DNA of 64,000 bases from Pseudovirgaria hyperparasitica (taxonomy: Eukaryota), in assembly GCA_010093815.1 (NCBI GenBank), contig ML996567.1; one strand, 5' to 3'. Within the stretch, counting starts at the first letter, position 1, and every line of letters starts with the position of its first letter. The notes beneath the pieces were generated by a model, which did no database searches, was not told the DNA's origin, and saw only the letters and a list, made by a program, of their open reading frames with translations. A program made the translations under genes and the position numbers. Shown one piece after another: positions 50,010 through 60,549 of this stretch.

Positions 50010-50235
50010 GGGGGGATGCTGTCGGATGTATAAATTCCGGCGCAGGGTGCGCAAGATTGTCGTGTATCATACTGGGAGTATAGCACTGAGCGAGCTCTTC
50101 ACACTTGAGGAGTCGTTGCTGTTTGACATAGCTTGACAATTGCATGTTCGTTTCTGTTTGATCTCCATTAAAAGCAGCACATAGTAGTGCTAAAAGCGAC
50201 CATGACCGTTGAGCCACTATAATATTTCTCTAACA

Positions 50236-50550
50236 AACATAACTTGTAGTGGTTATACCTAACTTAAAAGCACCTATTCTATGATATAGTCAAGACTAAA
50301 GCAGATCTAATGGCTATACACGTAGATATAAGCTCTGTATAGCATAACTTGTTATAGTTATATCCCCTTCAAAAGCACTATTTTTCTAGCCCGGTCAAGA
50401 ATAAAGCGGTTCTAGAAGCTATACACGTAGACATAAGCTCTACATAATATAACTTATTGTAGATATGCCTACTTTTAAAGCACTGTTTCTATAACATAGT
50501 TAGGAATAAAGCAAATTTAGTAGCTATACACTTGAACAGAAGCCCTATAT
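50236..50550. repeat. Three degenerate tandem copies of a 105-bp AT-rich unit
   Basis: GCTATACAC at 50313, 50418 and 50523; ATAACTT and AAAGCAC recur at about the same 105-bp spacing. Confidence 0.85.
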
Positions 50551-50859
50551 AACTGTTACGGCTACGGCAGTAGCAACACATGTATAATTAATGTAGGCAG
50601 TAACCACTGACCGGGCGGTTGTATAAGTACAACCAACCGGTCACTTAGATAGAAATGTCATGCTTTATGACCAACTCAACTTGAACTGTCAATGAACTTG
50701 ACAAAGTGGTAGCTGAAAGACAGCACCCACCAGTTCGTACATTTCCGATACTACTATATCACCTTAAACCTCTATACACTCTGACGCTTTCTAGGCCCCT
50801 TGAAAGCTATAAAACCCATATCCATTCCACCGATCCATAAATTCCCCCTTATAGGTACG

Positions 50860-51030
50860 CCCAACTACCTATACCCATCACACCACAAAGTGATTTCTCT
50901 AGACTTGGATAGTAGTATCATCTATACCCACCCAACCAACCCACGACTTCCCTCCCTTAGAAGTAAACCCAACTATCTATACCCAACCCACCACTCCGCA
51001 ATTTCCCTAGGCTTATACCATAGTATTTAC
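50860..51030. repeat. Degenerate ~108-bp duplication
   Basis: CCCAACTAYCTATACCCA at 50860 and 50968, each followed by CACCAC..ATTTCYCTAG..TAGTAT. Confidence 0.65.
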
Positions 51031-51478
51031 CTCACAAGCCTGTGTTCATCAGTCTTTATATACGTAGGTATACATGTTAAAATCATACCCAACCTACCGA
51101 TCCACAAATCTTCTCTCTCTCTCTTTAGATTTTCAAAAAAACCTAGTACATACACACCTCTCCTTCTTCTCACAACAAGATACAAGATATCAAGGAAGAG
51201 AAGAAGCCCGCTCTAAATGCCAATCAAATAGAGAAGAAGATAAGATGGGAATCGTAAAGACATGTTTTGATAAAAATAAAAAAAAATTCATGGACCCGTT
51301 TTTCTTCCAAACACTAAACGGCGTTGTAATCGTCGTCTTTCTTCTTCTTCTTCTTCTTCTTCTTCCCAGCTATGTACACAAACCCCCCCAAACCCCCAAA
51401 ACCAACCAACCAAATGCCTCTGCGTCAGGGCATATTTTGGGGGGTTATCTTTCTCCCCCCAAAGAGTCCTCCTCAAGC

Positions 51479-53038
51479 TCACTGCGGCAGACCCATCAAA
51501 TGACCCGCCGCGGCCGCACACGGACTCAAGTCCAGCAGCAAGTCACCGGCCTTGATATCAATAGCCGCCGTCTGATTATCCTCAATACCAAACGACACAA
51601 CCAGCACATCATCCCTGAACCCCTGATACTTCGACCCGGCATCCTTCCACGCAAACGAGCTAATATACAGCATCTCGGTACGATTGAACACCTCCGACCC
51701 CGGCTCCTTCATCGACACGGGGTTACCTCTATCCTTGTACCCGCCGCGGCCCGAGATCCAGAACGGCTTCGTGCTGAGGGCAAACAGGGCGAACGGGGCG
51801 GTCCGGCTGAAAAGCGCAATGTACGGCTCGTACACGGCGCTGAACATGCCGACGTATTTCTTGTGCTGGTATATCGTCATCGCAAAGGTATTCGCTTCGC
51901 TCGGGACACACTTGGGGTCAGCTCGGTCACACGTCGTGATCGCAAGGGAGTTTGTGCTCTGGTGGATCTTCTCGTGGGCTTCGGGCTCGAATTTCGGCAT
52001 GTGCTGCTCTATGCATGCCGCGTCGGTTGCAGCCTGCGACGCCAGATCCTCGCCGACAGAGCCATCCGGGGAGAGCTTTGCAAAGGCGCGCTTGGGCGCG
52101 ATATCGAAATGCACGTAGGTTTCGTTGTTCCAGTCGAAGAAGAAGAACCAGTTCTTCTCCACGGACGACCATGAGCCTGTAGGCCGCTGCAGTTCGACGG
52201 CGTTGCGGAAGGGTGTCTCATCGATGCCGCCGCCAAAATCGGTCAGCATGCGGAAATCCTGTGCCCACATTCCCAGGCAGGTGTGGACGGAGTTGGAGCC
52301 GAAAATGACATAGGGGATGTCTGGACCCCAGAAGACACGGGCGTCGTGCGGGCCGATGTTCAGAGCAAAGAAGGCGATAGGGCCTTCACAGTGTCCGCCG
52401 TTGGGGGTATTCGCGATAGGGAGGATTATGGGAGGTGATATACACTCGAGGACGTCGTTTTGGAACTTTGCGCTGCAGACTAGTTCGACGTAGAATACTG
52501 CCGTCGCAGGCGACCGCGGAGGGTGCAGGCGCTGAGCGACGACGATCCAGTGATCTTCGAGATATGGATGAGGTATAATGTTCGGATTTATGGCACGTTC
52601 GCCGTGGCCCCAGTTGATTGGGAAGTATGCACCATTCTTCGTCGACACAGACTTGACCACACGGTGTGTCCCTGATGCATCGTATAGCAGGTCTGGCTTG
52701 GCGAGATTGTTGTCTACTATATGTATCGAGGTATCTGTATCTGGGCCCGGGCTGTTCGGTGGAGAAGGGAAGTTTACGACAGGAGTGTTAGGCTTCAAGG
52801 CTGGATCGAGGTTGGGGTCAAGGTTCGGGTCGAGATTGGGATCAAGGTTTGGATCGAGTTTGCCAGGAATGGCAGCGCTTGGAGGCAGGTGAGGTTTCTG
52901 GGCATCTGCTTCATTGAGAGGTGTAGGATTCCATAGTTGGTCTGTAAATGTTTTATCGTAGCTCTTGAAAAGGACGACGCTGAGAATGAGGAGGACGGCG
53001 ATGGCAGGGATGAGGCGTTTGGTGCTGCGGATGAACAT
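51479..53038 (-). CDS. Type II membrane (Golgi-like) protein with a putative five-bladed beta-propeller, GT91 beta-mannosyltransferase/GH130-like
   Basis: N-terminal signal-anchor, Pro-rich stem with (LDPN)n, then INPNIIPHP, GPHDARVF and SVEKNWFFF, which resemble the (F)NP, EDPR and EKNW motifs of GH130/GT91 propellers; SFGIED near the C-terminus. Confidence 0.65.
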   Translation of the reverse strand: MFIRSTKRLIPAIAVLLILSVVLFKSYDKTFTDQLWNPTPLNEADAQKPHLPPSAAIPGKLDPNLDPNLDPNLDPNLDPALKPNTPVVNFPSPPNSPGPDTDTSIHIVDNNLAKPDLLYDASGTHRVVKSVSTKNGAYFPINWGHGERAINPNIIPHPYLEDHWIVVAQRLHPPRSPATAVFYVELVCSAKFQNDVLECISPPIILPIANTPNGGHCEGPIAFFALNIGPHDARVFWGPDIPYVIFGSNSVHTCLGMWAQDFRMLTDFGGGIDETPFRNAVELQRPTGSWSSVEKNWFFFFDWNNETYVHFDIAPKRAFAKLSPDGSVGEDLASQAATDAACIEQHMPKFEPEAHEKIHQSTNSLAITTCDRADPKCVPSEANTFAMTIYQHKKYVGMFSAVYEPYIALFSRTAPFALFALSTKPFWISGRGGYKDRGNPVSMKEPGSEVFNRTEMLYISSFAWKDAGSKYQGFRDDVLVVSFGIEDNQTAAIDIKAGDLLLDLSPCAAAAGHLMGLPQ

Positions 53039-53308
53039 GTCGACTCAGATGGCGTGAGAGTGTGGTCGCGTGTGGATATAGGATGGCCTCATGGCTGTGC
53101 CCGGCTCAGGCGTCGAAAGGCAGGAATTCTATGTAGAAGTTGCACACACGCGAAACGCTGACAATGGAGAATGCGAGTGATGTTGTGAAGTTCAACGCAG
53201 GATTGAGCTATTGTGAGAAAGAGGACTAGCGCCAGTAGTCGGAAAAGCTTCAGGGGAGAGAGAGAGGGAGAGGAAAAAGACGGCGGATGGAGACGAGGAC
53301 AGACAGAA

Positions 53309-53340
<32 letters not shown>

Positions 53341-54179
53341 CGATAGTGACGTGCACGGGCCAATATCGCTTTCCTCTCCTCATGGCAGAGGGAGAAGCTC
53401 TCGGCAGTCCAGACTTGAAATTCCTCCGGTCAGCCACCACCAGAAATGTAAAACGTCCTCGGCTGCGTCTGGCCAATGAATGAATATACATATAATGTTA
53501 CTATCAACATATGAATGAACATGTACATATCCATAGCATTGATACGAGCCTGAGCCTGCCTGCAAGCCGGGCCAGGTAAGAAGTAATAATAGATTCAAAC
53601 AATATATCTTGCAGTTGCAATTCAATATCGCCTCCAGCTCCCTCGCACGAGCTTATGTTCCCCCCCAAGAGTCTGCGATGCGCGAGCTGAGCCACGCATA
53701 GACTTGGCACGCTTGTTCTTCTTGATTGGATGTGAAACACCCGGGGATCTCCAGGTGGTCCCCCTGTCTACTGAAGCCCAGGGCCCCCCTCCTTGTATCG
53801 GAGATCAATGCTGTGGACTAGTGCCATCGGTCCCTTCAAAGTATCAAAATTCTTACCTGGTCGCCAAATTGCACGTGCAAATGTGCGATTTCACCATGCT
53901 GCTTGCACGCGCTCCTTCATGTCACGCCGTGTTCATGGTAGCGATCTGCATTGTAATGACAAGCATAACCGTGCATGTAGCCGTCCATCGTTCGGTGTGG
54001 CCGTTGGGCCGCTTGCCGCTGCCGACTACCGGCGAGTAAGCAAGCATGAACTGGTACCGGTAGACTGACCGAGCTATGGACATCGTGTTAGTGATACGGA
54101 GAATTAAGCTTGAGGATAACAATGTGTCATGTATGATGAATTACTAATATTGTACGCCAATGTATGCGATGTGTCTGGT

Positions 54180-55847
54180 TTATGCCGCAAACTGTCCTTT
54201 TTCTAGGCTCAATGGTGTACCCACACCCAGCCCCCTAGGTGTGCTAGACACTAACGGTGATGATGACGGTTGAAGTTTGCGCCAAAGGTTGCCAGCAGCC
54301 CGTACGCAAGGCTCATCAATGAGCTTCGTCATCACATCACCCAGCCACAGCGTGAGCGGTAGTGTGATGATGTTGACCAGCAGGAAGTTGGACTCTAGTC
54401 CGAGAGGTCCGATGTGCGGTATGGGAAATGCATTTGGCCATCCGGGAAACTCAGTCTCGTCCAGACCTTCTCTGACAAGTCCGACGGCAGAGTATAGTCG
54501 TCCACCGACGAGCCACAGTACAGGACCGTGGGCGAGGTAGAAGCAGTACGAGATGCGGCCCATGAATTGGCAGAAGCGCGATTCGAAGAATGCCTTGAGG
54601 AAGTGTATCCGTGGAATTACGGCGACGATAGGGACTGCGCCGAAGAAGAGGTAGAACCACTTGGGTGCGAAGACGGCCTGTGGTTTGAGGAATGACAGCC
54701 AGTACCAGCCCGGCGTCACTCTGATATCCTCAAGCTCATTGCTCTGCGAGGGAACACCAGCGAAAAACATGCCAATCATGAACAGACTGTACCAGATCAT
54801 CTCTTGGTATGGCGCCAGATTGACAATCCATCGCGGTAGGTTACCCAGCTTGGCAAGCACGTCCAAATCCGCCAGAATCATGCCGGCGACAAAGTAAGCC
54901 ACAAACCAGCCATCAACAATCCACATGAAGTACCAGAGTAAGGCGAGTTCGGCGTAGAGTCGGGCGTTGCGCGAGAATCGTGCGAAGGATAGACAGGCGA
55001 GGTAAACAACGAGCGAGCCTCGAAGTTCGCATGGTATCGTCCAGATGTGGTCGTTGAGGTAGAAGTAATCTTTCCCGCCCATGTTGAAGACGAATGAGTA
55101 GTTTTTGAGTTCCACATACCAATCCCAGACCTCACCCAGCCACGTCGTGTTCATCTGATGAGGTCCTTTCAGATCCGTCAGGTGGAGAAATGTTGCGTAC
55201 AAGAACGTTACGATAGCGATTGGAACCCATAACCTGAACCATCTTCTGAATATGGCCGATGCCAAATTGTCACCGAGCTTGCCGTATTCCCCATTGTTTA
55301 TCATCGTGAGTGGTTTGAGGGTAAGGACGTATCCTGAGATGACGAAAAAGCAGCCAACGGCAATGTGGCCACCAGTGAAAAAGTTGCGGATGAATGGCAG
55401 ACAGGCAAAGTAGAAGTTGCCATGATGGCCGAAGCCATTTTCCAGGATGCGATCGGCGTGATTGAGCGCGCTGTGTGCCCAAAGTTCGTGGTGTAGGATG
55501 TAGACTAAGAATGCTGCAAAGCCTCTCAAACCGTCTAGATATGCAGTTTCTCGTAATTTGGTGTTTGAGCGTTCATTCTTCAAGCCTGCAAACGACGGTC
55601 GCGTCGCCTTCACGACTTGCCAGAACAGACTCTTTGCGCGCAATCGAGGAGAGGATGGAGGATCTGAGGCGGGCTTCCAGGTTTGAGGATGGTCTAAGAG
55701 ACCTTCTTGAACGACAGGCATGATGGCAGCGAGTGTGGGCTGCTGGATGGCGGGTACGCCGGACTCGATGTCGATATCCTTGAAGAGTTCACCAATGTAG
55801 ATGTCGGCAGACTTTGTTCGACGATCGGGAGGATTGCGCGGTGGCAT
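54180..55847 (-). CDS. Acyltransferase-3 (OafA-like) polytopic O-acyltransferase
   Basis: YLDGLRGFAAFLVYILHH, AVGCFFVISGYVL, RRWFRLWVP, HIWTIPCELRGS and GRISYCFYLAHGP; about 10 hydrophobic helices. Confidence 0.93.
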   Translation of the reverse strand: MPPRNPPDRRTKSADIYIGELFKDIDIESGVPAIQQPTLAAIMPVVQEGLLDHPQTWKPASDPPSSPRLRAKSLFWQVVKATRPSFAGLKNERSNTKLRETAYLDGLRGFAAFLVYILHHELWAHSALNHADRILENGFGHHGNFYFACLPFIRNFFTGGHIAVGCFFVISGYVLTLKPLTMINNGEYGKLGDNLASAIFRRWFRLWVPIAIVTFLYATFLHLTDLKGPHQMNTTWLGEVWDWYVELKNYSFVFNMGGKDYFYLNDHIWTIPCELRGSLVVYLACLSFARFSRNARLYAELALLWYFMWIVDGWFVAYFVAGMILADLDVLAKLGNLPRWIVNLAPYQEMIWYSLFMIGMFFAGVPSQSNELEDIRVTPGWYWLSFLKPQAVFAPKWFYLFFGAVPIVAVIPRIHFLKAFFESRFCQFMGRISYCFYLAHGPVLWLVGGRLYSAVGLVREGLDETEFPGWPNAFPIPHIGPLGLESNFLLVNIITLPLTLWLGDVMTKLIDEPCVRAAGNLWRKLQPSSSPLVSSTPRGLGVGTPLSLEKGQFAA

Positions 55848-58800
55848 GGGGTCGTCCACGATTAGAGACGATGACGGGGCGTGTCGAGCTCACGTTGGAG
55901 CAGCGACGATAGTTGAAAAAGAGAGTCTGGAGAGGTTGAAGCGCCGCTAGCAATGAAGCTACTGGCCGCGCACGACATCAACCAGTGGCTTGTTCGGGCT
56001 GGTGGACGGCGGACAAGGATGCAGGCGGGCACTGCCAGGGAATACGCGCTTGGCGATTCGATGACAGGAGATGTTGGTGCACGCGTCTCACTCTCGTTCC
56101 GAAGCTGTGAACAGGGAGGGAGACAGTGGCGTGAGACTGCTGCTACATTATTTACAATGATTACCGTCACCCTGGGCACACTGCGGCATCAAAAGTGGGA
56201 GCAAAGGAACCGATATATCCAGTAATATTAGGTCATGATGATTTTGCGCTTTAGCTAAGCTTATATTACCAACAGCACTTCCTGAAAAGTCTCAAGATCC
56301 TTATGCAAGATCAAGGCTAGTCCCATAATAGATGAAAGTTGTGATTATGGGGGAGACTTCGGTTGTTGATAACCGCTTATGTAGCCCTCGTAAAGTATCA
56401 TCTGTGTAAAGAAAAGCTGTAAGACAAGCTGGATCTAGCTATCTCATAGGCTGGCACCCCCGCCCAAACGCAGTGACCAGCCGAGGCGAATACGGTGCGA
56501 GAAGATCAAGGCTCCGAGGTATTAGGAAGAGCCTAAGAGGTAAGGAGAAGAGGTGCGATTATGTAACGTGGTACATGTTTCTCAGTATACTTATACGCTA
56601 CATAATTAGTACCCACGTACCTACTACAGTTTAGTACAGCAGAGTCGGATGCGGCAAGCTGCAGCGATGTCTGCACCTGGTGACATATTCAGACAGAGCT
56701 CTCTCTTTAGACTTCTCTTCTTGCAGCTTCCGGGCGCTTTAGGTTTCAATACGAGGAAACGAGTCGGGCAATTTGAGTGCACACTGCATCTCTAGTAGGT
56801 ACAGTAGCTGTGGATGATTTGGCGGATAAGGCGGGAAAAAGTGGTGCCTTACCAGCGCTGTCTCTCATCGACGCCCCTCCGGGAGATAATTCATCAAATC
56901 GTTCGCACTTAGGAACGGGTTTCAAAAGCCCCTGTTCACTGTTACTTGTCACTAATCATTACGGTCACTAATTGATACTGACATTGGTTGGAAAGTCAAG
57001 ACTCAGGAGAAGCTGGAGAGCGGCCCGTCGAGCGTTAGCCTTTTTGACTAACCCCCTGCCCCACGCCCCTCGCCGTCGCCGTCGCCGGTGCACACACACT
57101 CCTTTGATCAGAATCTGAAACTCATTCGTATTGAGCAGTGAGCACCAGGGTCTGTCCGTACTCTGGTCTCTCACATGTCTCTCCAGACCCTTCAGCTCGT
57201 CTCAAGCTTGACCAAGGATCAAACAATCGAGCATGGGCCTCGCTGATCACAGATGGAATGCCATCGTCTCCCCTTAATAACGACGATATGAAGGAGTTGA
57301 GAGAGATAGCTATCCGACTAGAAGCAGACCGTGGCCGCAGAATTTGCAGGTGCTAGAGCGGAAGGAGCGGCAACTGTGCATTAGCTCTGCGGCGGCATGA
57401 ATCTATCTCAGCGGAAGAATAAGCTAAGGTTAGAAGGCATCACAATAACTATGACCTGGACCTGGCTAGGTATAGTAGTACATGGTAGATCTGGAGGCAA
57501 TAATGATGATATCGTGGGCATTATGCATTAGGTGAGGTTAAGTCTGCTGGAGCCTGGGCTACACTCGATCTCGCGCGGTAGGTAATTAGCTTGCACTCTT
57601 CGGTCGAGTTTCAGCTTTCATCACGCTCTCCACCACTACCACTGTTGCTGAGTGCCGTTGTTCATTCTGGTCCGTTCAATCATCGAGGAGCTGTCTGTTA
57701 GCCATTTCCGGTGCCAGGTCTCAGAGTGTGTCGGTCTGCTGTAACGGCCATTCAAACCTACACATCCATCCACCACGAGGCATCCAGCAACACAAAAAAC
57801 TGTGCGTGGAAGGTTCCGCCGAAATGGAGTGGCTTGGCAGCTCATTGTCGAAAGAAGCGTTAGGAGATAATCTCTGGCGCCTGGATCGCGAGATTGGACG
57901 TGCAGGTAGTGATGCAGGTCGGCCAGGGGGGCATGAGGGATAGGGGGCATTGGGCATAGCATGGGGCATAGTATGGAGCATGGAGCATGGAGCATGGGGC
58001 ACGCCGGACTCACGACTACGCAACCCCCCAGACTGCCGGCGCGTCTATTGGCCGACAGCGATGGCTTTTCCCATGAGGCTGTCTGGTGCTGGTGCTCGCT
58101 CTGTAATTAGTTAATTAGTGTATGGGATGTCTGTAGTGATTTCTACGTGGCTGCAGCCAGTCTCTCCTCAACGGGATGATGGAGCGAAGGGCTTGCTGCA
58201 TGGCATGTACATATGTCATGTCTGTCTTGAGCCAAGCCGAATGACATTTCACACAAGTCAATCAACCTTGAACAAGCAGCACGGGTGGCTGGCAGAGGCG
58301 CATGCTTCGTCATTTTCGCCATCCTCACTTTTTCTCACCTCGGCACTGCGACAAAAAGCGACATTGGCGTTACAAAGCTAAGACTTTTAGTCTCCTGGGG
58401 CTCCCTGCCATCTTCTCTACCACGCTTTCCCCCGCCAGCCTTCTCCATGACACTCACCGCCCCCCCCCCTCCCCCCCCTTCCATTCTCCTCCCCCTTGTC
58501 TTCTACGCCCGTACCTTTGGCGCAGTACAGCAAGCTGCACCCAGTAGTTCCAAACCTCCCCCATTCAGGTCCGTGCACAGCTCTTCTACACGCGCCCACA
58601 AATCACTTTCCGCCATCACCCAACTATCATCTAAATTACGACCTCTACTACTACTACTACTACTACTACTACTCTTCTTCTCCTCCTCGCTAATAACATA
58701 TCTCTCCTAATTGCCCCCCAGTCCCTCGTTTCACATCCACCTACCATTGTCATCTCATCCATTGTTATCGCGCCCTGTCCCCCCGCTGTCGTCTACGTTC

Positions 58801-58850
58801 CTCAAATGTCGACGTGAGCCTCACCCTCACGAGTCCTACTGCTACCCTTT

Positions 58851-60284
58851 ATGCGATCTCGACCACGCGGCTTGACCATAGACACAAAGATGCTGCTGAA
58901 CTCGCCGACGGCGACAAAATTCGGTGGCGCCTTCCCCAAACAGATCCAACGTGCTTTACCTGTCGGCATCGCCGTCGTCGTCCTCTTCTTCATCCTCTCC
59001 TCCGCTGGCTTCCGTGGCGTCTCGCTAGAGAACTCGTTGGAGGAAAACTCCCACATCAGCAAAGGCTTTCCCCGCAAAATATGGCAGACATGGAAAGCTG
59101 ACGCTCTCAACCTGGAAGAACGAGATCTGGGGCGCGCACGAACATGGACCACAAAAAACCCCAGCTATCGGTACGAGCTTCTTACTGACGACACCGACAT
59201 GTACTATGTCGAGACTCACTTCGGCCCGGAAGGCTTCAATCGACCCGATATCGTGCACATGTACCGTTCCATTACTGCCAGAATCATCAAGGCCGATCTG
59301 TTGCGCTATCTCATCATGTACGCTGAAGGTGGTGTGTACACCGATATCGATGTCGAAGCTATCCGTCCACTCGAGCGATTCATCCCCGAACGATACAATG
59401 TCGAAGATGTTGATATGATTGTCGGTGTAGAAATTGACCAACCTGAGTTCCGCCAACATCCCATTCTCGGACAGAAATGCCAGTCGTTCTGCCAATGGAC
59501 TTTTGTCTGCAAGCCGCGTCTGCCCGTCATGATGAAACTCGTCGAGCACATCATGAAGTGGCTCAACGAGCTGTCAAGGAAGCAGAACAAGTCGATTGGC
59601 GAACTTGAACTTGACTTTGACGAAGTCATCACAGGAACTGGGCCGTCTGCCTTCACAGATGCCATCATTGCTGAGATGACCAGAAAAGAGGGCAAGGTTG
59701 TTGGCTGGGATCAGTTTCACGGCATGTCCGAGTCAAAGCTCGTTGGAGGAGTTCTGGTTCTCACTGTGGAGGCTTTCGCTGCAGGCCAAGGTCACTCCGA
59801 CTCGGGCAATCACGACTCTCGCTCTGCATTGGTGAAGCATCGATTCCATGCGTCAGGGTGGCCAACTACCCACCCTCGTTACTTGCATCCCGTCTACGGC
59901 GAGGTGGAGCACTGCAACTGGAACGCCGATTGCGTCAAAGCGTGGGATGAGGGCACAAAGAACTTTGAGAGCCTCCCTCAAGAAGAGAAGGACAAACTGA
60001 TTGCTGAGAAGAAGATCAAAGATGAGGAGGATGAGAAGAAACGCATCAAGGAAGAAGAATTGAGCTACGCTGCAAACGCAGTCTTGGGCCTCATCGGTGC
60101 TGGGCAGGTTCCCTTGACACCGGACAGTGTTTCGAGCCCAGCAGATGCTCCCGCCCCCGAACAGGGACCGCCCGCAGCATTTCCACCAAGCGATCCACCA
60201 GCCGCATTTCCACCTCCTCAAGAACAGCCAGCGTTCCCGGCGCCTGACGCAAGCCATCAGGAAGCGAAACTACGGAAGATATAG
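58851..60284 (+). CDS. GT32 (Och1/Hoc1-like) glycosyltransferase, type II membrane
   Basis: Signal-anchor, FPRKIWQTW, KADLLRYL..EGGVYTDID (DxD), QWTF, TGPSAFT and VKHRF; extra Cys-containing tail HPVYGEVEHCNWNADCV. Confidence 0.93.
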   Translation: MRSRPRGLTIDTKMLLNSPTATKFGGAFPKQIQRALPVGIAVVVLFFILSSAGFRGVSLENSLEENSHISKGFPRKIWQTWKADALNLEERDLGRARTWTTKNPSYRYELLTDDTDMYYVETHFGPEGFNRPDIVHMYRSITARIIKADLLRYLIMYAEGGVYTDIDVEAIRPLERFIPERYNVEDVDMIVGVEIDQPEFRQHPILGQKCQSFCQWTFVCKPRLPVMMKLVEHIMKWLNELSRKQNKSIGELELDFDEVITGTGPSAFTDAIIAEMTRKEGKVVGWDQFHGMSESKLVGGVLVLTVEAFAAGQGHSDSGNHDSRSALVKHRFHASGWPTTHPRYLHPVYGEVEHCNWNADCVKAWDEGTKNFESLPQEEKDKLIAEKKIKDEEDEKKRIKEEELSYAANAVLGLIGAGQVPLTPDSVSSPADAPAPEQGPPAAFPPSDPPAAFPPPQEQPAFPAPDASHQEAKLRKI

Positions 60285-60549
60285 TCGCACATTAGATGGG
60301 ACTCTCGACGCATTTACAATTCCAGCGATTTCCAACGTTTTCTGACGGCTCTATGGTCTTTTATCATTTTGGTGGTTGGTGTTTCTGGTGTTGAGCGGAA
60401 TTGGGTATATCCAGCCGGTTGGCTTGTTCACTATCTAGAGGGCGGTGCATTATCATAATAGACGTTGTATATACGAACACGATAGCATACGACATGCAGC
60501 AGCACAAATGACAAGGCACATATTCTAACGTGTTTACCTTTTTCAATGC

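Noticed and set aside
50236..50550. CRISPR array or 35-aa (PPR-like) coding repeats
   Set aside because: Eukaryotic context, whole units are homologous with no unique spacers, the plus-strand frames are closed by stops and the ORF track shows none on either strand.
51074..52174. 366-aa plus-strand ORF
   Set aside because: Antisense shadow of the propeller gene running through a (CTT)n microsatellite; no ATG at the ORF start and no motifs.
53213..53491. Short ORFs with SD or VA repeats
   Set aside because: Products of a (GCGACA)n microsatellite upstream of the propeller gene.
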